Below, in pieces: positions 1 through 6,704 of a stretch of DNA of 10,546 nt (position 1 is the stretch's first letter; every line of letters begins with the position of its first letter). The stretch covers positions 1-10,546 of the forward strand of contig JBBDRF010000017.1 in the NCBI GenBank assembly GCA_040905565.1. The letters are read 5' to 3'. The position numbers were made by a program, and so were the translations under genes. This stretch comes from Phycisphaeraceae bacterium (GTDB lineage: Bacteria; Planctomycetota; Phycisphaerae; Phycisphaerales; Zrk34). The notes beneath the pieces are model-generated. The model made no database searches. It was given only the letters and a program-made list of their open reading frames with translations, and was not told the DNA's origin.

Positions 1-57
1 CAAGCTGGCGACACGGGCGATGATCGCCACCGCCTCATCGATGGTGGCGACCATCAT
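1..57 (-). CDS. 5' fragment of a hypothetical protein (MMVATIDEAVAIIARVASL...), continues beyond the window
   Basis: ATG at 57 (or 54), 6 nt after the DUF3768 stop codon, preceded by GAGGG; frame open to the window edge. Confidence 0.6.
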   Translation of the reverse strand, partial: MMVATIDEAVAIIARVASL

Positions 58-63
58 TTGCCC

Positions 64-465
64 TCAATACTCGTCGGCGCGCATCACCGTCAGAACCCGA
101 ACGGTTACTTTGGGGTCGGCGGCATCAGGGGAATGAAAGCGACGACTCCGGTCGTAATAGTCGATCTTCCAGATGATCCTGGTGCCGTCGACGGTCATGA
201 CAGCGCAGTCGTGCTCGCCCCAAGGATCGTTGTCGGCGTTGAAGTCATCGAAAGCCGCGACGGCAGCGAAGATCTGATTGACAGCTGTGGCGCCAAGGCC
301 AGCGATACCGTCTGTCATCACCACGACCCCGCCTCGGCCGTGGATTCGAAGCTTGTCGTTGAGGGCTCGGAGCCGAGCTTGACGATCGGGCCCTGCCGAG
401 CTTCCGTTGACACTATGGTTCGTGTTCTGTTCTTTCGATCCTCGATTTTCATGCGTTTGAGGCAT
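64..465 (-). CDS. DUF3768 domain protein
   Basis: Recognised family motifs DNDPWGEHD, WKIDYYD, SPDAADP and RVLTVMRADEY. Start placed at ATG 465, with AGGAG 8 nt upstream, rather than GTG 474. Confidence 0.85.
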   Translation of the reverse strand: MPQTHENRGSKEQNTNHSVNGSSAGPDRQARLRALNDKLRIHGRGGVVVMTDGIAGLGATAVNQIFAAVAAFDDFNADNDPWGEHDCAVMTVDGTRIIWKIDYYDRSRRFHSPDAADPKVTVRVLTVMRADEY

Positions 466-509
466 CTTTCTCACTCCTGATAGGTTGGAAGGATTAGTGG
501 GGGACCCGC

Positions 510-1085
510 TCAGATGAGGCGGATCAGGCGGCGCTGGGCGTCAGCATCGCCGTCGATGTAGCCTTGGGTGGTTTTTATCGAACGGTGCCCGGCGAGCTCC
601 TGAACATCACGCAGGGAGCCACCAGCACGCTGGACCAGCCGAGCGGCCCGGGTGACGAACGTTCGCCGGCCCGAATGGGACGAACACCCTTCGAGACCAA
701 TGCCGGCATAAAGGGCCGTGAACCAGTTCACGACCGACTTGGCCGACATTGGCCCGCCCCGCTCGGAGCAGATCACGGCGCTCGTGCCGTTGGCCTGCCG
801 CTTGAGGCGAGTCATCGCTTTGTGGAGGTCGGGGTGAAGTGGAATCCGCCTCCCGCTGCCGTTTTTGGCGATGCTTGCGGGGAGTTCAATGACCGTACCG
901 ATCCGACCGCGAGCATCGATCACCATCTCCCAAGTCAGGCCGGCGATCTCGCAGGCCCGCAACCCGGCTTTGATGCTCAACAACACCATTACCCGGTTGC
1001 GCTCAGGACTCCGCCGGCGAGCTGCCGCGCCCAAAGCCGTGCGGATCTCACCCGGCCTGAGGACCTTCGCTGGTTGGCCGTGCAT
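510..1085 (-). CDS. Small tyrosine recombinase, catalytic domain only (191 aa)
   Basis: Complete catalytic set: GLRACEI (R), AKNG (K), HSGRR (HxxR), LAGH (H), TTQGY (Y). GGAG precedes the ATG. Too short to hold core-binding or arm-binding domains. Confidence 0.93.
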   Translation of the reverse strand: MHGQPAKVLRPGEIRTALGAAARRRSPERNRVMVLLSIKAGLRACEIAGLTWEMVIDARGRIGTVIELPASIAKNGSGRRIPLHPDLHKAMTRLKRQANGTSAVICSERGGPMSAKSVVNWFTALYAGIGLEGCSSHSGRRTFVTRAARLVQRAGGSLRDVQELAGHRSIKTTQGYIDGDADAQRRLIRLI

Positions 1086-1100
1086 GCTCCATACGCCCCA

Positions 1101-1667
1101 TCAACTCGCCCGGGGCTTGGTCAAGGCGACCTTGTCGCGCAGTGCCGTAAATCGCCCCTCACCAGGGTAGTCCCGCCACCGCATGGTCAGCGATTGCTTG
1201 TCGGCGCCGACCGCAAGGACCACTGCCTCGTACCAGGCCTCATCAGCCACGTCGTAGCAAAGGACCATTGAACCGGTGCTGATCGCCTCCCAAGGGTCCG
1301 CCGGCGGCTTCGCAGCAGCATCCCTGCTCGGGGCTGATGGCTTCGCGGTGGACGGTGGTGTCGGCGACGTAGGTGCCTCGGTGGTTGTCTTGAGTTCGGC
1401 TGGGGTGCCGATCAACTTGGCGAGCTTGTCGTAAGTCTCACCCGCGGCGACGGGCAGCGTGCCAGTGCCATCAACTGCCAGCTTTGTGCCCTCGAGCTTG
1501 GCCGCCACCTTTTTCAACGCCGGCTCGGTCACCCTGATGGTGTGAAAGCCGGGCATATCAGCAGCCTTTCGAGCCAAGTCGGCTTGCGTGTCAGCGAACC
1601 GCGCAGCTCGCCGCTTGCCGTCGGAATCGGTGCCGAGCACCACGATAATTGCTCCTGTTTCAGTCAT
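1101..1667 (-). CDS. Hypothetical protein (188 aa): N-terminal domain, Pro/Ala/Thr-rich linker, C-terminal Tudor/SH3-like beta domain (inferred)
   Basis: ATG 1667 is preceded by GAGGACAGG. Linker EAPTSPTPPSTAKPSAP; C-terminus WEAISTGSMVLC...WYEAVVLAV...LTMRWRDYP. Stop lies 15 nt before the recombinase start. Confidence 0.75.
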   Translation of the reverse strand: MTETGAIIVVLGTDSDGKRRAARFADTQADLARKAADMPGFHTIRVTEPALKKVAAKLEGTKLAVDGTGTLPVAAGETYDKLAKLIGTPAELKTTTEAPTSPTPPSTAKPSAPSRDAAAKPPADPWEAISTGSMVLCYDVADEAWYEAVVLAVGADKQSLTMRWRDYPGEGRFTALRDKVALTKPRAS

Positions 1668-1771
1668 GGTCCTGTCCTCTTCGATATCAGCGTACTTGGT
1701 CGTGTTGAGTAAGTGAGGAGCCGGTGTGGCGCCCCGGTTCGCAAAGCTGGCAGCAACTCGCCAGCACACTC

Positions 1772-1800
1772 ATTATAGCATAGGATTATACTCCTGCCAA
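1772..1800 (-). promoter_or_regulatory. Sigma70-type promoter for the leftward operon
   Basis: Minus strand reads TTGGCA (1800-1795), 17 nt, TATAAT (1777-1772), with an extended -10 TGn; about 100 nt upstream of ATG 1667. Confidence 0.7.
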
Positions 1801-1926
1801 GCAACAACGTGGCGCTGCCGTTCACGCGCCGGCATCTGTTACGCCCGCGTCAGTCAATATTTTTTCCCGCAAAACGCATGTTACTACCTCCATCAACTCG
1901 TTTCGGCGTCTCATGTCTGTAAATAT

Positions 1927-1960
1927 CAATTGCAATACGCACCGTTTAACAATTGCAATT
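1927..1960. repeat. Two copies of CAATTGCAAT (palindromic core ATTGCAAT), 23-bp period; possible operator
   Basis: Copies at 1927-1936 and 1950-1959, just upstream of the RBS/ATG at 1974/1984. Confidence 0.55.
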
Positions 1961-1983
1961 AGCAGAATGACATGGAGTGATTT

Positions 1984-2304
1984 ATGCAGGCGAAATTCGA
2001 CGGTCAGTTTTCCGATCTCCAGAAGGCGGTGGCACTCACGTATGAGCCCGGCTATTGGAAAGACCTTGGGAATCATCAGCAGTTTCGGGCCCATTCAGGC
2101 GCTGTTCTCAATTAGTGGCGTTCCACCGGTACATTGCATTTCCAAGGTCCGGCGGCCCAAGCCCGGGATCTGGCTGAGAAATGTGATCAGGCGATGAGCC
2201 TCGTGGCCGTTGCGCCGATCCCACCCCGCGAATACCGCGACCCGTTTCAACCTCGAAAGAGGCGGCAGCGTCGCCGCCCTCGGCGGCCATCACATCAGAC
2301 CTGA
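1984..2304 (+). pseudogene. 106-codon gene interrupted by an in-frame TAG; resembles the small N-terminal domain of TIR-like nucleotide-binding proteins
   Basis: GGAG at 1974-1977, ATG 1984. Translation: MQAKFDGQFSDLQKAVALTYEPGYWKDLGNHQQFRAHSGAVLN*WRSTGTLHFQGPAAQARDLAEK...QT*. The TAG (2113-2115) sits where I recall GAxLNWWxSTGTxxFQG having Trp (TGG>TAG). Absent from the ORF track. Confidence 0.65.
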
Positions 2305-2413
2305 GGACTGGAGGAGCTCAGGGACCCCGTCCTTCGTCGGCCGAACGCGGAACAACGACACCTGGCGCGACCTCAGCGTCGTGAAGCCCTGCCTGAACCC
2401 GCCGGTCCGGAAT

Positions 2414-2485
2414 GTTGATGCTGTTGCTCATCGGGATGGCGCCCGCGAATGAGCCGTCCCGATGAGGAAAGCAGGATGCATCAGC
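2414..2485 (+). other. Long imperfect hairpin / candidate structured RNA
   Basis: CTCATCGGGATGGC (2427-2440) pairs with GCCGTCCCGATGAG (2453-2466), 14 bp with one G-U. Outer stem: GTTGATGC (2414-2421) with GCATCAGC (2478-2485). Confidence 0.45.
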
Positions 2486-2632
2486 TTGGCTTACCTCCGC
2501 CCCATGGCCGCTCCTGGGGCGCCCTTCCATGGTGGTTATTGGGGTTGACACCCCAGTGGACCCAAAAGTGTGCTTCGGGCTACTGTCGGGGCACGCTAGC
2601 CGGCCGGTGGGGAATGCGGCTTAAGGCAGTCG

Positions 2633-2874
2633 GAATTTCAGACCCTCCGCGGAACAAGCCGTCAGACCTTTTCCTCTCGGCCAGGGCTATCACGCACCCT
2701 GAACGCGTCTGCGATGCCCTTGCCGACCCACGGTGCAGTCTTGGTAACCGACCGGGAGACCTTGGTTCGAGCAGTTCACGAATTGCTAAAGCACCCCAGC
2801 AAAGGGATCTCGCTCTTCAAAGCTCGGATCGGATGGGTCGATGGCATCTTTCATGTTGCCGAAGCACCGTAGTT
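2633..2874 (+). pseudogene. Frameshifted remnant of the N-terminal part of a DUF927 gene (paralog of 3753-5414, opposite orientation)
   Basis: From 2732, GAVLVTDRETLVRAVHELLKHPSKGISLFKARIGWVDG aligns without gaps to GALLPASRKEALKLVELVLSDAAPRVRHSTSRVGWVDG of the intact protein. After frameshifts it continues SFMLPK/TV versus SFVLPSRTV. Confidence 0.65.
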
Positions 2875-3134
2875 ATCGTGCCGATATCATTAATTTCGGC
2901 TTTCCTCTGGGTGAATAAAAAACACCGAACTGCAGTCCAGACGCGCGAAAAGCGTCGAAAACGGCACTCTTGGGCTCTTTGACCATATTTCCGCAGCCAA
3001 GTAGTAATTTGTCATAATGTGCTCACTACGTCACGTTTTAATTACTATTGGCGACATGCTGTGCGCGCTACGGCAACCTAGCCGAGCTAATCACTGGAAA
3101 AACTGTGCATCGACAATCTGCGCGACCAAGTCGA

Positions 3135-3485
3135 CGACAATTGCAGTGTCCGGTTAAGGGGCTCAACGTTCGAGGCGGAAGGATAGTGTCTCTTGAGTTA
3201 GCTGGCGGCGCGCCGCTCGTCCTCGTAGCCCTCGTCGAACTCGGGGGCGCGGAAGGAGAGGCCGCCGATGATGAACCGGTGGAGGTAGGAGTCTGTCCAG
3301 CCGAATGCGGCCTTGAGGACCTCGTGGAGCTGGGCGAGATCGAGATCCTGACGCAAGAGGAGCAGCCGCCAGATGGTCGGCTCAGTATCCCGGAGGAACA
3401 CCCCTGGCCTGGATGATGAGCTGGTCGCGTTTGATCATGGGCCCATCATGGCGTCGCAGGCGACGATTGCCAGCGACAATTGCAG
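3135..3485 (+). repeat. 12-bp direct repeat CGACAATTGCAG bracketing the pRiA4b ORF-3 remnant
   Basis: Exact copies at 3135-3146 and 3474-3485; degenerate neighbours CGACAATCTG (3111) and CGACGATTGCCAG (3461). Confidence 0.6.
3198..3438 (-). pseudogene. Truncated, frameshifted plasmid pRiA4b ORF-3 family gene
   Basis: LRDTEPTIWRLLLL...LAQLHEVLKAAFGWTDSYLHRF matches the family N-terminus. ATG 3438 (MIKRDQLIIQAR) joins this frame if one G is removed from AGGGGTG. It stops after about 80 codons, before the usual C-terminal half. Confidence 0.75.
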
Positions 3486-3501
3486 GTCAGGTGGCGGCGA
3501 C

Positions 3502-3577
3502 CAGGGGGCCACCAGCACGCTGGGCCAGTCGAGCGGCCCCGGGTGACGAGCGTTCGACGACTTGAGTGCGACGAACA
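3502..3577 (-). pseudogene. Fragment of a tyrosine recombinase closely related to 510-1085
   Basis: Hand alignment to 612-686 gives 65/76 identical columns, 10 substitutions and one extra C (frameshift). Encodes CSSHSSRRTLVTR/ARLAQRAGG. Confidence 0.8.
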
Positions 3578-3752
3578 GCGTACCTTGCCGCGGCGGAAGA
3601 TGTGCTGAAGGAGGGGAAGGAGCCCCGCACCGTGCATGGTGAAAAACGATGTGCCAACTTGCTCGTCCTCACGGATGGTCATGTCGGGCATCGGGGCGCG
3701 GGGACTCCTAGATCATCTTGTCGGGCCTGGTTCGGCCGTGGTTTGGCGGGCT

Positions 3753-5414
3753 TCAGGTTTCACCAAGGTGTCCTTTCGGCTTGGCCCACGCCCGCCGCAG
3801 CTCCTCCTTGCGTAGACAATAAAATCGGGACCGCTGGCTCTTGAACAGCCCCTTAACAGTCATTTGGGCAGTCGGTGTATTCTTTTGCGGCGCCCATAAA
3901 ATCCCGGACTCAATCAGCTTCGAAATGATGACGGCGCGTCTATTTGCCGACCCGCAGAGCCGTTCGAAGCGCCTTCGCCGAAGCGCGACAATAACTCCTT
4001 GATTTCGATGATGGCGCGTGACCCCCCACGCCTTCTTCTTCGACTTCCCCGAGAACGCCGTCTTCTCTTCCACTACGGGAAAGTGCTTCTTGTCGCTGAC
4101 CGCTTTCCTGACTTTGCGCAGAAAGCCGTCGAACACCTCTTCTGGCGTGATCGTTCCGGACAGGGCCGCTTCATAGGAGACCTGAATGGCCGCCTCAGCC
4201 TGTTCCACAGACCAGGGCGCGATACCCCAATCAGCAGCCAGACGCGCTCCTGCCGCCACCAAGCCAAATTTCGTGGCAAGTCGCACATCCCAAGGATCGC
4301 CATCACGGCAGTTCAAGTGAACGAATGCCCCGACGGTTTCCTCCACTGCGGCTGCCGCTGATGTACGGTCATCAACCAGGCGTTTGAGGTAAGGCTCGAT
4401 TGCCACCCCGTAGTTGCCAACAATGGTGTTCTCAACGGCTAACGCCAGATCCTTAGCAGCGATTGGTCGGCCATCGCGGGAATCCTCTATGAGGTCGAAA
4501 ATGCCGGCATCCACCCGAGAAGGGATTGTAACATCGATAAAGCGCACCATTTCACCCCTTGCCCTCGCAAGCTCATTGAGCGGTGACTCCCACGACGTAA
4601 TTCCAAACAGTGCCCATTCGAGACTCGGCAAGTTTTGGTGAACGGATTTTGAGCGGACGGTGCCACGCCCGCCGGAAAGTTCATATGCTCTGGTCCGAAA
4701 CTTTTCCCGCCTGGTCTGTTCGTTACCCTTCATGTTCCCGAGTTCGTCAATGACAACGGCAAGGTCATTGTGGCCAAAAGCGATCTCTTCCAATGCCCGA
4801 TCGGTGAGGGAGGCAGGAATAAGATCGGTCTTGTGCGCCCGCGTGATTATTGATTGGGCGACACGGCTGGCGAGCGTCTTTCCAGTGCTGCTTTCGCCGG
4901 TCAGGTTGAAAAAGGCACCTTCGGTCTCACCTCTCAGGCGCAATAGAGGGCCAGCGAATGGCACCGCAGTGGCAAACAACAGATATGATGATCGCCGGCA
5001 AGGCTCCGACAAGCCGTCTCGCCACGCCTCTAACGATCCTGACTTGCTCCAGGTGGTAGAGAGGACACTGCTGTTCGGTGAGTGATGGAGTGACTTTGCC
5101 CGTCCTCCGACAGTGCGGCTTGGCAAGACAAATGAGTCGCCATCGACCCACCCAACCCGGGATGTCGAATGACGAACGCGTGGCGCAGCATCTGAGAGTA
5201 CGAGCTCGACCAGTTTCAATGCTTCCTTTCTAGAGGCGGGCAGCAGAGCCCCAGAGTTGTCCAACTCTCGGAGAACGAGTCGGAAGTTACGCCGCTCGGC
5301 ATTCGGCACCCGGATTCTACCGCGGGGTCCGAACTGCCGATGGAATCGAAGCTCTAGAAAGTGCTGGTGTGTGTCCAAGTCAATGATCTCCGCAGAAAGT
5401 TTCAAGCACTTCAT
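3753..5414 (-). CDS. DUF927 domain protein, putative replicative helicase/ATPase (Cch-like), no fused primase
   Basis: RVGWVDGDSFVLP and GSLEAWR motifs, Walker A GESSTGKT, Walker B VVIDE, AYELSGGRG and NYGVA. AGGAAG lies upstream of the ATG. Confidence 0.88.
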   Translation of the reverse strand: MKCLKLSAEIIDLDTHQHFLELRFHRQFGPRGRIRVPNAERRNFRLVLRELDNSGALLPASRKEALKLVELVLSDAAPRVRHSTSRVGWVDGDSFVLPSRTVGGRAKSLHHSPNSSVLSTTWSKSGSLEAWRDGLSEPCRRSSYLLFATAVPFAGPLLRLRGETEGAFFNLTGESSTGKTLASRVAQSIITRAHKTDLIPASLTDRALEEIAFGHNDLAVVIDELGNMKGNEQTRREKFRTRAYELSGGRGTVRSKSVHQNLPSLEWALFGITSWESPLNELARARGEMVRFIDVTIPSRVDAGIFDLIEDSRDGRPIAAKDLALAVENTIVGNYGVAIEPYLKRLVDDRTSAAAAVEETVGAFVHLNCRDGDPWDVRLATKFGLVAAGARLAADWGIAPWSVEQAEAAIQVSYEAALSGTITPEEVFDGFLRKVRKAVSDKKHFPVVEEKTAFSGKSKKKAWGVTRHHRNQGVIVALRRRRFERLCGSANRRAVIISKLIESGILWAPQKNTPTAQMTVKGLFKSQRSRFYCLRKEELRRAWAKPKGHLGET

Positions 5415-5436
5415 AATTTGTCTTCCTATGTTTTGG

Positions 5437-5483
5437 TGAGTGAGTGCACGGTGAGCGATTATCGCTCACTGCTCACTCGCTCA
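5437..5483. repeat. 47-bp imperfect palindrome built of GTGAG/GCTCAC units; candidate replication origin (dso) or operator
   Basis: 23-nt arms (5437-5459, 5461-5483) with 19/23 complementary positions; perfect core GTGAGCGAT-T-ATCGCTCAC (5451-5469). Lies between the HUH gene and DUF927. Confidence 0.7.
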
Positions 5484-5599
5484 ATGCAACTGCAGCGCAC
5501 CTCCCGTTCAAGAGGCATCCGTACAGCCAATAGTTTTCACTATGAGTTTTCGATAGAATAGGCTCTGTATGGGTTAGATTGGGTCTACGTGTACATGTT

Positions 5600-6451
5600 T
5601 TATGCCTCTTCAGGTTTTCGGTGTGAACAAACTGGAAGTATTTTAGGCTCGGGTCCTGCATATGATTTGACGCCAAACAGCATGCGGAAATCACTTCGTC
5701 TGTGCAGAAACCTCAGCATTTCAGCTTCAATATGCAAAGGTGGGCGACGCTTAGAGTGGGGATGTTTGCCAATCGGATTGTTCTTCCTGGCTACCGACGA
5801 CCAAAACGACTTATCGAGATATGCCACCACTCGAGGTAGGTCGTCGATGGGCTCTACGCGGGCTCTCACACGCACACGGGGATTTTTCGGCCACCGGCGC
5901 GTCATCCTTCTCAAGTCGCTTTTGGTGATCCCTAGAGTGATGGCGTGAATGTGGGGCTGATAGACCTCGTAACCGGCATCCCACTCCACATCGACACCCC
6001 CGATCAACAACGTTATCGATTTGTCGATGCCAGCGCGCTCGAGCTGACGCCGATAGCGATTGATCAGTTTAGGGACGTGGCAGGTATGCAGTTGACCTGC
6101 TGGGACAGCATCTGCCGGATGTATCAGGGTCACAAACTTGAGTTCGCTGATGTCGTACTTATCGAAGAGCTCAAGGACTAGGGCGCTCTGTAGCAAGCGA
6201 CGGCGACGTGCACACACGGGGCAGGCATGTGAAAGGCAGGGAACCCGGCTATGGCAGCCAGCGAGCTCCCTGGCGAGTGCAGAGGCCCTTTTCTTTCCTT
6301 GAGCCATAAGAACGCAGAGTCGATGACGGCGCTCCTTATGAACCTCGGCAGAGGTCTCGAAGCTCGCTACTGGACGCCCGCGCTTGTCGATGCGAGCCGT
6401 CACCAGCCGTCTGAGGTCGTACTTAGGTGCGATTGGGAGCCGCCGCTTCAT
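5600..6451 (-). CDS. Putative HUH endonuclease / rolling-circle replication initiator (Y1) with N-terminal Zn finger
   Basis: Cys cluster CHSRVPCLSHACPVC, motif I KFVTLI, GGVDVE strand, motif II QPHIHAI and motif III AYLDK, in canonical order. Start overlaps the alpA stop (ATGA). Confidence 0.75.
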   Translation of the reverse strand: MKRRLPIAPKYDLRRLVTARIDKRGRPVASFETSAEVHKERRHRLCVLMAQGKKRASALARELAGCHSRVPCLSHACPVCARRRRLLQSALVLELFDKYDISELKFVTLIHPADAVPAGQLHTCHVPKLINRYRRQLERAGIDKSITLLIGGVDVEWDAGYEVYQPHIHAITLGITKSDLRRMTRRWPKNPRVRVRARVEPIDDLPRVVAYLDKSFWSSVARKNNPIGKHPHSKRRPPLHIEAEMLRFLHRRSDFRMLFGVKSYAGPEPKILPVCSHRKPEEA

Positions 6452-6669
6452 GACTGACCCCCATCTTTGCTAAGGCGATCTACAATTTCTTGAATTTCAT
6501 GCACTTTCCAGGCGCTTACCCTGCACGACAGGCGGACCGGTGCCGGAAAGCGGCCGGACTTTATTCCTGCATACCAGGTAGACTTACTGACTGGGATAAC
6601 CCCGTGTGGGGCAATGATGGACCGTAACCGGACAAAACCGGTGGTTGGAAGTTTAGGGGGTAGTGCCAT
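6448..6669 (-). CDS. alpA: AlpA-family transcriptional regulator / recombination directionality factor
   Basis: GFVRLRSII...IPVSKSTWYAGIKSGRFPAPVRLSCRVSAW is a typical AlpA signature. Start placed at ATG 6669, 6 nt after GGAG. Confidence 0.9.
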   Translation of the reverse strand: MALPPKLPTTGFVRLRSIIAPHGVIPVSKSTWYAGIKSGRFPAPVRLSCRVSAWKVHEIQEIVDRLSKDGGQS

Positions 6670-6674
6670 GACCA

Positions 6675-6698
6675 TCTCCGTGTTGTGGTGGACGGAGA
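6675..6698 (-). promoter_or_regulatory. Stem-loop sequestering the alpA Shine-Dalgarno sequence
   Basis: TCTCCGT and ACGGAGA form a perfect 7-bp stem with a 10-nt loop; the mRNA 3' arm contains the GGAG. Confidence 0.5.
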
Positions 6699-6704
6699 GG
6701 TTCT

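Noticed and set aside
58..1271. Plus-strand ORFs 58-480, 564-1271 and 865-1170
   Set aside because: Antisense shadows of well-supported minus-strand genes in GC-rich DNA.
1822..2293. ORFs 1822-2094, 1913-2197 and 2108-2293
   Set aside because: No motifs; they overlap the better supported interrupted frame 1984-2304.
2455..2475. Hammerhead ribozyme core (CCGATGAG-GAAA)
   Set aside because: The core needs CUGANGA plus stem II before GAAA; here it is CCGAUGA with no stem II.
2545..2575. Sigma70 promoter from the perfect TTGACA
   Set aside because: No convincing -10 hexamer at 16-18 nt spacing.
2449..2982. 177-aa ORF as a real gene
   Set aside because: No recognisable protein features. It crosses the hairpin cluster and shares only a short stretch of frame with the frameshifted DUF927 remnant.
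5437..5483. Retron msd or CRISPR repeat
   Set aside because: No reverse transcriptase or cas gene in the window, and the palindrome is single-copy with no spacer array.
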